Shown: positions 13,792 to 26,542 of the stretch, in pieces
Layout of the letters: each line of letters opens with the position of its first letter
Position numbering within the stretch: the first letter of the stretch is position 1
Assembly (NCBI GenBank): GCA_013239625.1
Contig: MU053933.1
Coordinates: forward strand, 2,443,026 to 2,507,025
DNA: 64,000 bases
Reading direction: 5' to 3'
Source: Lama guanicoe
Lineage: Eukaryota
Made by a program: the position numbers and the translations under genes
The notes under the pieces: generated by a model
The model's database searches: none
Told to the model about the DNA's origin: nothing
Seen by the model: only the letters and a program-made list of their open reading frames with translations

Positions 13792-14029
13792 GTAAGCTCA
13801 GCCTGTCCCCGTCCCCGCCCCTGCCCCCGCTTTGTCCCGGCACGGACCCCCGGACCCCCGCGAGGCCCACCCCTGCTGATGCGCAGTCGGGCCAGGCCGT
13901 GGAGGGTCCGGGCCGCACGCGGGTCTGCACGGCCTTGGCAGGCTCCCCTCCCAGGGCGGCGGGCTCGGGCAGCAGCATTCTGGGTTTGGCCCTGCGATGA
14001 GATGTGTAGTCACGACGGGGACGTGTGCC

Positions 14030-17000
14030 AGTCGGTGTCATCTGACACAGCCCTTCCGGGGTCACTTCTCCGTTCCCCATGTCCCTCCAGTATGATCTGC
14101 GTTATTTTTTCCTTGAAGGTTTTAAAGGGTATGTTTTTCATTTTTCAAAGAGATTTTTCAGTTTCTTCCACGATGATTGGTTTCATGTCTCCTGTCACCT
14201 GGGGGTGTTTCTCAAGGACATGGTCCATCCATCCGTTTACTTTGTCGCGGTCCCTCGTGTAGAGCTGTGCAAAGCGTTCCTGTGAAGTGAGTTTGGGACA
14301 TTGGGTAGACTGCGACCACTGAGGCCCTGAACGGTGTGGGGCCACGGTTCTTTGATGGCACAGTTTCTTCCGTGGTAGTCGGTCGGTCTTTTTAGCTGCT
14401 TGAGACAATCTTGGTCGTTTGTTTTCCTGTTTAAAAAGAAGTCATCTGATCTGATCAGACCCCAGCCTTGATCAGCCGAGAACGGCTGGTTTGCCATTAG
14501 ACGTCCTGCTTGTCGCTCTTTGGTTGTGCCGCTTCTCTCGTCTCTGATCAGTCCCGTCACCTTCATCCCGAGAAGCCTTGTGCTTCGTTGTCAGCGCTAC
14601 CCGTGTGTTTTCTAAATGATCAGTTCCTGTTTTCTTAGTGCCTTGTTCTTGGTTTCTTTAGGTTTGCTTCAATGCCTTAGTCATTTGTTTTGTATGTTTT
14701 GTTTAGGAAAGAAAGGCTGTGCATTAGCCTCTGAACATAGCTTTAGCTGCATCTCCCAAGTTGCCTTGACTTAGCATTTATTATGGAAAATTTTGTACAG
14801 AAAAGTAGGGGGAGTTCCACAGCAAAGACCTCACTTCTTTATCACGTATCTGTGCACCCGTCCAGCCCTATCTGTCTGTCCAGCCACCAACCCGAGTTTC
14901 ATCTGTGCATTCTGAAGTAAATTACAGGCTTCGCTGCACTTTCTGCCAAATAGTTCTGCTGGAGTTCAGTGTTTGTTTGTGGATCTTTTAAAATTTTTAT
15001 TCTGAGGTAAAATTTACATACAGTGAAATGCAAATCCTGTGTGCTACTCAGTGATGTGTGACAAATGCCGAGACCTGCACAGCCAGAATCCCTCCAGGAT
15101 GCAGAACGCCACCCCCCAGGACCCCTCCCCCGGCTCGCTTCCCCGGGATGACCGCTGCCTGGTCTTCTGGGTCAGAGTTTGGTTGTCACTGCCCTGGATG
15201 TCGCGTCGGGGGAGTCACAGGGGCCGTGCTCTCTGTGTCTGGGTTCTCCTGCTCGGCACGGCCTTGGGCTCCTCTGTGTCTCATGTAGCCGCGTTCCGTG
15301 CCCGTCTGTCGCTGAGGAGCGTTTCTTTGTACGGGCACACCGTTTGGCACCGCTTTCCTGCGGATGGACACCTGGTCTTTTTTCTCTTTTTAGCTGCTGT
15401 GAGCAAGACTGCTATGAACATTCTTTACAAGTCTGTGGACATATGTTTTCATTTCTCTGGGGTACATACTTGGGAATGGAGCGCTGGGTCATAGGGCAGG
15501 TGTATGTTTAGCTTTGCAAGCACCCTCCAGACGCTTCTCCACGTGGTGTACGTTCACAGCCCCGCATCGTGGGAGAGGCGCCGGGCCGCGCCGGGCCGCG
15601 GAGCGCGAGCTGCCGGCTCGTCTGGCTCGGGCTCCCTTGCCGTGAACCGGTGTTTTCCGTGCTGCTGCCCGTCTGGGCACCCTCGGGGGCCGAGGGTCTG
15701 TTTCACAAGGTTATGGCTGGGCTGCTTACTCTTAAGCTCCAGGGGTTCCTCTGTCCTGGAGACCAACCTGTCAGGTGTGTGTTTTGCAAATGATTTTCTC
15801 TCAGACTGTGACTCCCCCCTTATTTTCTTAACAACTGTGTTCAGGATCAGAAGTTTAAATTTTGAAGACTCTCGTTTGTTTTTTCCCATATACGTCTCAC
15901 ACGTCCCGTGTAAGAGAAGCACCCAGCCCCGGGTCAGGAAGGCACGGTCCCGCTCCTCTGAGCGCCGGGGTCTGGGCCTCTGTGTTCAGATTGCTGGTCC
16001 GTCTCAAGTCGCCGTTTGTCTGTGGTGACGAGCACGTCAGGGCTCTTCCCCCCCGATGTGGGTGTCCAGCTGTCCCAGCGCCTTTTCTTATAGAAAGACT
16101 TCTTTCCTCATCCAGCTGTCCTGGTGTCTTTGCGAGCAGTCAGGTGGCCCTCCAGGTGCGGCTCTGCTTGTTGGGCCGCCTCGGTACCGGGCTGTCTGTG
16201 ATTGCTGCGTCTGTGAAGCACGTCTTGGGATCAGATGAGGGAAGTCCTGCACCGCGCCGGGCAGTCCGGGCCCGTATTGCTCCCGTGTGAATCTTCACGG
16301 GCCTGTCAGTTTCTTAAAAGCCCCCCCCCCGAACCGGGGGGGCCGTGAGTGGGCTTCCTCTGGCCTGCAGGTCAGTCGGGGGACTGCTGTTCTAGCGCTG
16401 CTGGCACGTCATCCGGGGACGTGGCGTCCCCTCCGTTTGTGTGGATCTTCCTCAGGCTCTGTCAGCACACTTGTGGGGTTTTCGGAGTGAAGCGCTTACG
16501 TTTGTTTCGTGTGGACAAGCTTGTTGCTGTGACTGGTTTGTGCTTTTCAGAGCTTTTGTGCATGGAATTCTCAAAAGCTTATTTTTCCAGTTTTCTGCTA
16601 GTAGAGAAAAATATGTTTTATTGCCATTAATTTTGTGTCCTCTGACCTTGCTGCAATCACGCATCAGCTCTGTAGCTCCCTTAGAGCTCTGTGCGTCATA
16701 ATCCTGCCGCTTACAACACAGGCTCACGTCTCGCTTTCCAAATCGTGTTTCATGTCGTCCTCTCACCCTGTGGCCATGGCTCGAGCCTCTGCAGTGTTGA
16801 GAGAAGAAATGAGAATGGCTTGCAGTCTGCAGGGGCAGGGGCTGGCCGTGGCCAGTGTCCTGTGTGCCCACCTTGTTCAGGGCCAGCAGCCCCGGCCGCG
16901 GGGGTGCAAAGGCTGCTGGCCCTTGGGCGTGCTCCGTTTCAGACCCTGTTTATAAGGAACGTCCTTCAGTTTTTACAGTGGAGCAAGGGGGCATGACCGG

Positions 17001-17210
17001 GATGGACGGGCCTTCAGGGAGCTGGCGCAGCCCTCCTGGGCACCACGTGGAAACACGAGTTTCAGCCCAAAAAGACTCCCCGCATTCAGCGTCCACAGGC
17101 AGCGAAGTTGTTTTCGGAGGCCCAGTTTGCACAGGAGTGCTTTCGTGATCGCACCTGGGGCTGGTTTTGAATGAAAACTCTTAGGATGAAGGCGTGTCAG
17201 CCTGACTGCC
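14030..17210 (-). mobile_element. Composite of old L1 fragments (L1MB/MC/ME-like 3' end and ORF2 remnants)
   Basis: 3' end signature tttttattctgaggtaaaatttacatacagtgaaatgc at about 14995. L1 motifs gctatgaacatt...gtggacatatgttttcatttctctgggg at about 15410-15460. ORF2-like remnants continue to about 17200. Confidence 0.7.
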
Positions 17211-20015
17211 AGCTGCCAGCTTGTTGCTCTCCAACGCGGGTTGCGGGGAGGGCTTTTTTGTGCCCGTCTGCTCACGAGCAGGCGGGCCGTCGCAATCCAC
17301 TCTTGGGGACAGAGGGGGGCTCACCTGGAGAGAGGTCACATTTACGGTCTAGGTGCAGAGCTGTGACAGGGCCAGCGACAGGTGGAGAGGCCCCATAGCT
17401 ACCGGCCTGGAGGACACAACTACCTCTGGCCAGAAAGGGCAGGGCGGGCTCTGTGGGCTCGGCTGGAAGAGGGGGAGTGGGCAGGCGGGGCCTGGGTCGG
17501 GGGACGCGGCCAGACTGTCCTCGCCTTGCTAAGAGCTGCCAGCGCAGAGCCTCGGGCACGGAGCTGGCACCCCTTTCAGTTGGCTGTTCTCCCCGCGGTG
17601 GGCACCGCCTCCCAGGCCAGGGCGAAAGGGCACCCAAGTCTGAGGACAGGCGCGCTCTGATGGCACGTGAGCAGTACGTTACAGGCTTGCTCAAGGAGCA
17701 CAGAGCAAGCTAGTGGCCCCGGTTACTGCCAGGCTCGGTGCCGGCCTTCTGCTCAGGAGCAGCCCCTGGCTGGTTGGGTGAGGCTGAGCTCCCAGCATCC
17801 TCTTCTCACTCCTGTGTACGCACGGCTCAGCCCCTTCTCGCCCTGCACCGTCACTGCGTGTGTTGGAGGCGCACAGGGCGCCGTGTTTATGGTAGGTTCC
17901 CTCTGTTCTTGGCTCTGTTGTGTTTTGTCCTGTGTGGATAGTGGGTTCCAGCAGGTTCTTTTGGCACTTCTTGTGGTCACTCTGGCTTTTCCCTTGAAAG
18001 TGGCCACTGCAGTGGTGCCAGCACGCATCTCTGTTGTGCTGTCCTCGCGTGCCTTGGATACACCCTTGGTGGGTGCGTGTCGTCCACCTAAAGCGCTCCG
18101 CCTTTCATGGGCCGACCCTTCTGTAGGCATTTCACCTGTCCTTCTGGGGGCCGGGCCTCTGCTTTGCTCTCTGTGGTCCCGTGCGGCTTTGGTGCTGGGT
18201 CTGCCAGCCGGGGAGGGAGCTCCCTGGTTCCGTCCCCACCTGAGCCCTCGCCCTGGCCATCTTGGCCCTCCTGGGGGCCTGGGCTCTGGGGAGAGGCGCC
18301 CGGCTCTATGAGGTGCTGAGTGAGTTGTTTATCCTGGCAGGAGGGGAAGTGCTGATTGTCGCCTTGTAAACCCTAACAGCCTGGCCTGAGGGGGGAGCGT
18401 GGGGCCCAGCGCGTGAGGCCCCGAGAGGCAGGCAGTCTTTGTCCCCAGAGCTCGGCTCTTTGGGGCGAGGCAACCTGCCCTCGCTGCACAGGCCCCTGGG
18501 CTCTCCCAGTCTGGGCTGGCTGGGCAGGGTGTCCCTGTCTTGGCTGGTCTGAGCGGGCCTTTCAGGGCTTCTCTGGGCAGAAGGTGGGGGCAGCGCTGTC
18601 CAGGACTGCGAGCTGGAGAGGAGCTGCTCCGGCCGGCCTTCCCGAAGCCTGCTGGGCGCCCCAGGTGGTTTCAGTTTCCACACGTGATTATTGTTACTGT
18701 TTTGCACATGCCTGTTAGGGTCGCCACGCACCCTTTTCATGTACACATCCTGGGCTCCGGGGGGCGGTGCTGAGCACACACACGTTCTTTGTTAATCGGT
18801 GGGCTCTCCTTAGTCTGTCCTCACCCAGGGGTCCCGGTTCAGGTCCCCGTCCTCCAGGCCTGCCCTGTGCCTGGTGTCATCTCTTTCTCCTGGGTGCCTG
18901 CCATCCCCTACTGTCCTTGCCTGAGGGGCTGCCGGGCGGCCCCAACGCCAGAAGTTCAGGTGGTGGACTCGGCCCCTGGGGGGGGGAGGGGGAGGGGAGG
19001 GCCCAGCGGACGCTGCTCTGGCGGCGTCTCCCGGCCTCTGCGGCCGCCGGCCGCTCGTCGGGAAGGTGCTTGTAGTTCCCTTTCTGGACGTGGCTCAGAG
19101 CCTGCAGCCCAGTAAGCCTCGCAGGCTCTGGTCTGACCGGCCAGGTCCGCCGCAGCCGCGTTTCCAGGTCTTTTCATAGCAGGGCTTTTTTTTTCTTTTT
19201 TAAATAAAGGGAATCTAATGCAGATCAATTAACTAATCAACTGCCACAGTCAGGCGGTCTCCCTGGGGCGAGATCTGCACACAGACCTGTGAGCCGGTGT
19301 TTTCCACGAGCCACAAGGTGGAAACAATGTGTTGACTACCTGTTTTTTGAGCAGTTTTGAAGTAAATGTATTTAAAATGAAGGTCAAATCCCGAGACACT
19401 GTCCCCTTCTCCACGGAGGGGCCGCAGTTCCTCCCTGCCCTGCCTTCCCCGCCGCACACTGGAGCCCTGGGCCCGCCACCCCCTCCTGCGGGCTGTCCTG
19501 GCGCCCCGTCCCCACGGGCCCGCCCCCCTGTGCACAGATGTCTCGAGACCCAGTGGCACGCCTTCCCTCTCGTTTTGGGCTTGGACACTCACCGTCTCGG
19601 TGTTCGGGACCCTCCCGCCTTGTGGACTGCTCCTGTGGGAACCACTTTCTCCCTCCTGGTTGTGTCCCCAGGAGGCACTGGGAGCAGAGAGGAAGGTGCC
19701 AACTGCTCTGACTGTGTGGCCCCCGAGCCCCCACTCCCGAGTCCAGGCCACACGCTGTCGTCCCTTCTCTGGAAAAGATCCTCAGTGCCTGTCACCCAGT
19801 CTCCTTGTCAACCCTGTGATTAGACAGTGTGCCTCCATGATTAGGGGGAGAAAATAGCTCAGAGCCACCGCCCCCAGGTTTCCAGGGCCGAGCTCAGGCT
19901 CCGGTGGGCTGGGGGTCAGGACCCTTACTGCTGGTATCCCACCTGCCAGTGAAGGTGGTGGAGGGTGATTGTCCTCTGGTCGTCATCTCTTGCTGACCCC
20001 TTGTCCCCTCCGCAG

Positions 20016-20166
20016 AAATTGAAGCCATCAAGCTGGCGGAGCAGAAGCGCAAGGCGGAGCGGAGGCGGCGGGCCACGGTGGTGGTGGGGGACCTGCAGCC
20101 CCTGAGGGACGCCCTCCCCGAGCTGCTGGAGCTGGAGGCCGGCAGTCGGCGTCTCCCTGCCAGACG
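20016..20166 (+). CDS. SLX9: SLX9/FAM207A coding exon: (K)IEAIKLAEQKRKAERRRRATVVVGDLQPLRDALPELLELEAGSRRLPAR(R)
   Basis: Branch-point-like gctgac near 19992-19997, acceptor ttgtcccctccgcAG, donor CG|GTGAGT at 20167. 151 nt, phase 1 to phase 2. Contains the conserved VVGDLxPLxDALP motif. Confidence 0.96.
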
Positions 20167-21199
20167 GTGAGTGTCATGTCCAGCTGCCTGGTGGATGCTG
20201 ATGCGTGGAGGCCCGTCTCGACTCAGATACCCTTGCCCCGGGTCCAGCCGTGGGGCAGGGGCTGGGGTCTCCTCCGGGGATGGGGGTCTCAGGCCGGAGC
20301 TGCTCAGCAGGGTGCTGTGCCCGGCTGTCCCTGCCCGCCCCCCACCCCTGGCACGTGGCCTGCCTCCGCTGCCTCCCTCCTGGAGCCAGACTTTCTCCCG
20401 GGCCTGTCCTACCTCCCGTGGATCCGGGAGCTCCAGGAGAGCCGCCCCCTGGTGCTCCCAGGCTGCCGTTTCCTGGGCAGGACAAGGCCGCCGGCCTCGG
20501 AGGGAGGTACCGGTGCAGGTGTGACCACAGCCGCGGCTCTAGAGCAAATGGGGAGTTGAGGCCTTTCCGTCCCTCATCATTCCTGCATCGTCTCTAACTT
20601 TGCCTTTTTGAAATAATTCTTTCTCCAGCTGAATTCCCCTCTGATGAGAAGGGGTCTGGGCCCCCGGCCCCCTTTCACAGCTGGAGGTGGGGTGGTGGGT
20701 GCCATGCTCAGGGCCACTTGCTGCAGAGCCAGGGGCTGGGCCCCAGGCTGGGGGCTGCCGGGATGGAAGTGCCCGGAGCGCTGGGTGCAGACGAGGAGTG
20801 GCCACCAGAGCTGAGATTTGGCCACAGAACCGGAGCCTGAGATGCACATTCCATTCCTGCTTCTTGAACAAAAATGTGACCCGGTCAAGTACTCCTCCCC
20901 GGCTTCGAGCTTTCTCATCTGAAAAATGTGCGCGGGCCCCCAGAGGGGAGAGGGCCGCGTAAGAGGAGGGGCGTGCGACGGGGGCCTCCCGCCCGTCAGC
21001 CAGGGTCACCACGCCCCCCGTGTGTGTCTTGGCGCTGGGGAGCTGTTTGCTTAAAGAAATGTTGTTTTGGAGCCGTTGTCGCTGCAGAGAAGCGGCAGAG
21101 GTGACACCGGGGGCCCCAGCGCCGCAGCCCACAGCCTCCCGTCAGCAGCCTCCCATCAGCAGGCTCTTATTCCAGTGTGGGGCGTTCGTCACGCTCGGA

Positions 21200-22130
21200 A
21201 CAGTGTTGATTCATAAGTAATAAGCTTAAAGTAATGCTTAATTTAAGCTCATAGTTTATTCAGATCTCCTCCATTTTTACTTGGTGTCGTTTCCTGTTCC
21301 GGGACCTCTCCCAGGATCCCACGTGACACCAGGTCATCATGTCCCCTTGGGTCTTCTCTGGGCTGTGACGGTTCCTCCGACTTTCTTGTTTTCAACGACC
21401 TTGACAGTTGTGAGGGGTCAGTCAGGCGTTTTCCAGGACGCCCCTCCGTGAGGACCGCAGAGGAGAGGGCCCTTCTCATCACGGCCCGTCCAGGGCAGCC
21501 ATCAGCACGACTTTCCCCGTGACCTTCACTGCGGCCGCTGACCTTGGTCACCCGGCACGGGGGTGTCTGTGGGGTCTCTCTGCCACACGGCTGCCCCTCC
21601 ACTGTCCCCCAGAAGGGGGTCGCCGTGCACACCGGCACCCGAGGAGGGGGTCCACCCCCTCCCTGAGAACAGAGCAGTGGCCGGACCGACGTGGGTTCTC
21701 CTGGGAGCAGACTCCCTCGTCTCCCGGTGTGCTCGCCAGTCGCTCGTTTACAGCAGGTGGACTTGGGGGTTTTTCCTTTATACTCTGGGCCATGATCCAA
21801 CCCGACTAAGTTTTGTCACTGCACCCGCTCCAGCTCTGACCACTGTGAGCTCCCTTGGTCGCCCCAGTCCCTCTGACTCCCCCGTGGGGCTGTGTGGTTT
21901 GTTGCTGAGCACGGCCTGCCTCTCGGCACCGGGTGCTCCAGGCTCGTTTTGGGCATTTCTCGCTCCTGTCCCCGAAGTGGCGTCTCTCCGGGAAGCTGGG
22001 TCTTTCCACTGGACTTGGTGTCAGGAACCAGGACCTGGGTGTTGGCGTGGTGACTGCCACTGGGGAGTCGTTTCTGGGCCCTCTCAGCTGACAGCAGGGA
22101 CATACGTGTGTGTCTCTTGACCCGATGTGT
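21200..22130 (-). mobile_element. Old L1 (L1MC-like) 3' UTR fragment
   Basis: tttattcagat...caggatcccac...tcatcatgtccccttgggtcttctctgggctgtgacggtt...gaccttgacagttgtgagg resembles the L1MC 3' end. Confidence 0.55.
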
Positions 22131-24430
22131 TCTTGTGAAGTTGGGGACCACCCTCATGTCTACCGCCGGCTGCAGGTTGGGGCCCCCAGGCTGCTACTAG
22201 CTTTGGTGACTCTCACAAGCTGGTTTGCGCACGGCTGTCGTCTGTTATGGGGAGAGGAGACAGGCTGAAGTTGGCCAAGAGGGGAGACCAGGGGTGGGGA
22301 CCGCAGGAGAGTTCCAGACGTGGAGCTTCCAGCTTTCCCTCCCCATGGAGGCCAGACGGTGGTCTTGCCCAGCACCAGCCTGCAGCAAGGTGAGGGACTG
22401 TGCTGGAAGGGGACGCCCACCCAGCTCAGTCCCTCGTGGACACATGGGCATGGCTGGCAAACTTTATCTTTGGCCCCTTCACTCGATTCTTGAGACGGCT
22501 GGGAGCCGCATTTCACAGAGTTGAGGTCCCTAGTCATCGCTCTCAAGTCTTTCAGCTCCTAGCACAGGCCCAGGCCCTGCGGGTTTGCTGCCTTCCCTCA
22601 TGGGCCAGGATTCCCTGGAGCTCATGCCGGGGGTGCCCTGGAAAGCAGCAGGTCACAGCTGGCAGGTGTTTCTCTTACCACTGCCCCCCAGGCTTGTACT
22701 AAAAGTCAGAGTTGGGCAGGATGTGTGGTGGCACCCAGATCCTGAGGGCAAGGCCTGGGTCCCCTGTCACCATCTGGGACACCCTGACTGAGGCCCTGGG
22801 CCTCCCCGAGCCCACCCCCGTCTGTGGGTGGCCTTGCAGGGTGGCGGGTGAGAGCCCCAGGCCGCAGGTGGGCCCGGGGTGTCCCCAGGCTCCACCAGGT
22901 GGGCGCTGCGCAGCGCTGAGGCCGGCCCGAGAACCGCCCGGCGCTCCCGGGACCAGAGCCGCTGCCCAGGGCCGTGCTTATCAGCAAGGGACCAGCTTCT
23001 CTGGGAAGTTGCTCCTCTGGCTGAAGGTAGCGGCTGAGGGCAGAGAGCCTGACACGGGGGTGCAGGTCTTAACGGCAGCAGGGTTTGCCCGCCAGTGCTG
23101 CTTGGTTTCGGGGCCCCCCGTCCCCCTAGGGGTGGGTGAGCCATATGGGCCCAGTCACCCCCAGAGCTGGGCACACCTGGGCGCTCGGTGTGGCTGGCAG
23201 AAGCCTGGCAGGAAAGCACTGGCCTGCTTTACATTCGGGGAAACTAAGGCTTCGGGGTTCCTCCCGGGTCAGCCAGCATCTGGAGCTGCTGCCCTGGTAC
23301 TGGTGGGGCTGGGGCCCTCTTGCAGCCCGAGGACCAGTGTGGGCGCTTGGCAGTGGCTGTGTGCACATCAGTCCCTCAGGCAGGTCTCTATCCGCTGTCC
23401 ACCCCATCGGCCCCGTGGCCAGAGCCAGGCCTGGACGCTGTGAATGAGCTGGGGCTCCCTGGGGGGGCTTCAGAGCTGGCGGCAGGACATCAGGGGTGCA
23501 AGCCCCTGCCCCCGGGCTGCTGGTTTGGGTGCTGGGGGGTCAGTTCTGTTCCCCTGGTGGCCTTGGGGAACCACCCCACCTGTCTTTGTCCACAGTGCCA
23601 GGTAACTCCTGGAAGATTCCTCTGGAGGGGGTAGTTGTGCCTCCCTCTGAGCTGCCTACCAGGCCCTGGACGTGCCCTGAGGCTTGGGTGAGGGTCCTGC
23701 CCTGCCTTGCCTCCCACTGTGCCCCACCTGCCCCTCGGCCCCAAGGGGACCCCTGGGTGTGCTCGCACCGGGGGGCGGTGGGCTCCCCTGTCGGAGCAGG
23801 AGGGGGTCCTGGGGGCCTTTCACGGGGGTGGGGATCCAAGGTTCCCGCTCCTCCCACTGGAAGGCTGTGCTGGACCCAGGCCTCGCAGCACACGGCTGCC
23901 TCCTGGGGGTGCTGGCTGGAAGGAGGGGGTCCTGAGCCCAATTCAGCTAGGGTGGGGCTCCTCAGAACTCTGGGTGGTCGGTGGGGGACCTGCTCCCTGG
24001 TGGCCACAGGGAGAGGGGTCAGCGGTGGGAGGAGCAGGGCCGCAGTGTCCTGGCCCGAGGCTGAGCCTGGAGGGGGTCCCGTACTGGGGGCCTGGAGCAG
24101 GATGGGAGCACCCCAGAGCAGCCAGGGTGGGGCTGGGGTGGGCAGGGCACGTCTTTCGTTCATAATTTACAGAGAAGCATGAGTAAGAAATGAGGGCTCC
24201 TGGTCTGGAGGCTAGGTTTAGGTGCCGTCCCAGGACTCAGATGCTTTCCGCCGCCCCAGCTGGGTCCCTTTCCTGCCACGTGGCGCCCGTGTCTCTGCGC
24301 GTCCGCACACGCTCCCAGAGTCACTCACGGGGTAGAGGGCCTGGTGTGGCCCCGTGGCCCCGAGTCTAGCGCGCTGGCGGGAGGTTCCAGGTGAAGCGCG
24401 TGCTGTGCCAACTCACCTCTCTGTCCACAG

Positions 24431-24499
24431 CAGGGCGGCCAGCAGGCCTCGGCCAGCCGAGTTGAGCCGGATGAACGCAGCACAGAGGCTGCAGCTCCT
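24431..24499 (+). CDS. SLX9: SLX9/FAM207A coding exon: (R)RAASRPRPAELSRMNAAQRLQL(L)
   Basis: Branch-like actcac, acceptor ctctctgtccacAG (NAGNAG type, CAGCAG), donor CT|GTGAGT at 24500. 69 nt, phase 2 to phase 2. Resembles human KPRPSELSRMSAAQRQQLL. Confidence 0.93.
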
Positions 24500-25661
24500 G
24501 TGAGTATGGTGCTGCCGCTGCCCCCGCACATCCCTGCCCCGGACGGTCAGGCCTCTGGCCGCTTACCCCAGCCCCAGTCCACGTGGGGCCGGCTCTGGGC
24601 ACAGTCTTGTGGTTGTGGTGAGGGGAGCAGCTGCTCCTGGCTGTCGGAGGCCCAGGTCTTTGCTGGGGGCTGGTATGGGCACTTGGGGACCCTGCTGTCC
24701 TGGGCATCTTGGGGGTGTAGACACGTGGCTTGGGCAGTCGGTCATCAAGTGGGGTCCAAAACCTCCCCATTATAGCCAAGAACTCTGGAGCCCAGTGTGA
24801 TTTGGCCTTGTCCTTGGTCACACACCTGCACAGGCAGAGCCCAGGCCCGGCCCCCCACCCCACCTTGCCAGCCCTGGCCAGGGCTGTCCCCACCACGACA
24901 GGCCCGCGTGGGTTTCTGACCAGGTTGTCTGAGTTTCAGTGGTAGAGGTGGTGTTCCCCAGGGGCCTCTGGCGAGGCCACCTGTGGCCATGCTGGGCCGT
25001 GGGGCCTACTGGACGTGAGCTGGCCCCAGCGCTTCTGAAAGGTGGCATGACCACGCCTGCTCCAGGTGGGGGCCGGCCGGGGTCGGGATGGGCGCAGAGT
25101 GTTGGCACTGCCGTGGACTCTGGGGGCTTGGGACCTCCTGCAGGAGATGGGCCCACTGAAGCCCGCCTGTTGCTCATCACCGCAGCGCCCTGGGGAGCAG
25201 GGCTGGTCGCGTGGTGCCGGGCTCACGCCCCTGGTTCCTGCTCCTGCCGTGGCCGCGTCTGTTCTGGCTGCACTGGAGGGAGGCACGTCTTATGTAAGGT
25301 CTCGTGTGTGCGGGCGCCTGCCGGCTGCTGCCGTTCGTGGCAGCTCCGTGTCCGTTCAGGGACGGGATGGGGCCTGTGTGACTGTGACGAGCCTGCAGGG
25401 CAGCCAGTCCCCTCCAGCCCAAAGCCCTGAAGCCTGAAGCCCCCAGACCCCCCTTGGCCTGCCCCACCCGAGGCTCTGCTGGCAGAATTTCACAGCCCCG
25501 CTGCCTTCCTCACCCCCAGCCTTGCCCTGGCCCAGGACCAGCCCTTTGCTGGGGTCCCTGTGGCGTGGCCAAGTGGGGGCCGGTCCCGGGGGCGCTGAAT
25601 GCTCTTCCCGGCCCCCTCTGAGGGGTGTGGGTTTGCTGACCTCTGATCTCCATCCTTTCAG

Positions 25662-25782
25662 AGAGGAAGAAAGGACGCGGTTTCAGGAGCTGCTGGCCAG
25701 TCCGGCCTACAGAGCCAGCCCCCTGCTGGCCATCGGGCGGCAGCTGGCCCAGCAGATGCAGCTGGACGGCAGCCAGCCCTGA
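25662..25782 (+). CDS. SLX9: SLX9/FAM207A terminal coding exon: (L)EEERTRFQELLASPAYRASPLLAIGRQLAQQMQLDGSQP*
   Basis: Acceptor ctccatcctttcAG (AG at 25660-25661), TGA stop at 25780-25782. Resembles the human C-terminus EEERTRFQELLASPAYRASPLVAIGQ. The five exons total 519 nt, or 172 aa plus stop, with no frameshift. Confidence 0.96.
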
Positions 25783-26536
25783 CCCAGCCCTGGGGCGTGC
25801 GTGAGCTCCGAGGACGCACAGAGGGCCGATTGCACCACCCGCCCTGTGCCACCAGGCCCCTCGTGACAGTGGCTGTGGTCCTCGGCGCAGCTGGGCCCCG
25901 TGAGTGGGGGAGGGGAGCAGTTTGCACAGCAGCATTGTGACAGCCTGTTTTGCAATGAAACAAGCGCTGGGAAAACGGCAGGATGTGTGTGGGGCTGGAA
26001 GCGGGCCGCCCAGGCGTCGGTGCGGCCCCGTGGCCTGCCTCCTTCACGCTTTTCTGTTTTGTCTGTTTGTCGACAGCGACTGCACATTTATTATATATTA
26101 TTTTAAGAGAGAATCTTGGCTTCCTGGTCCTCCAGGGACTCCAGGGCGTGGCTGGACCACCTCCTGGTGACGCCCTCTGTCAGGGCCCCTGCCTTCCCCC
26201 CGCACCCCAGGACCTTCTCTGTGGCCACGTGGCGGCCGTGCCAGAGCGGAGGACGGGGATGTGAGGTGTGAGCCGGCTCTGCTGTCCCTGCTGGTGAACC
26301 TCGGGCCCCGCCCCGGAGTGTGGCTGGAGAAGCCACAGATGTGTGGGGACCGCACCCCAGAAGAGCCCTGCTGCCCAGACGGGCGCGGGCCGGGGCTGAG
26401 AGCAGGAGTGCAGGTTGGAGGGCTTTGCCGGGAGCTTCTGGCTCACCCCGCGCGGGCTGCCCTGGCTGAGTGGAGGGACCTCCGCGTTTGTATATCTGTT
26501 TTTTAATCTTTGTAGAATGAACTTGGATTACTTGGT

Positions 26537-26542
26537 AATAAA
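26537..26542 (+). terminator. Probable SLX9 polyadenylation signal (proximal), implying a 3' UTR of about 780 nt
   Basis: First AATAAA I found after the stop codon. It lies in an AT-rich island with upstream TGTA motifs (about 26489 and 26511) and downstream GT/T-rich sequence (ggtgttttctatgcatttt). Confidence 0.7.
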
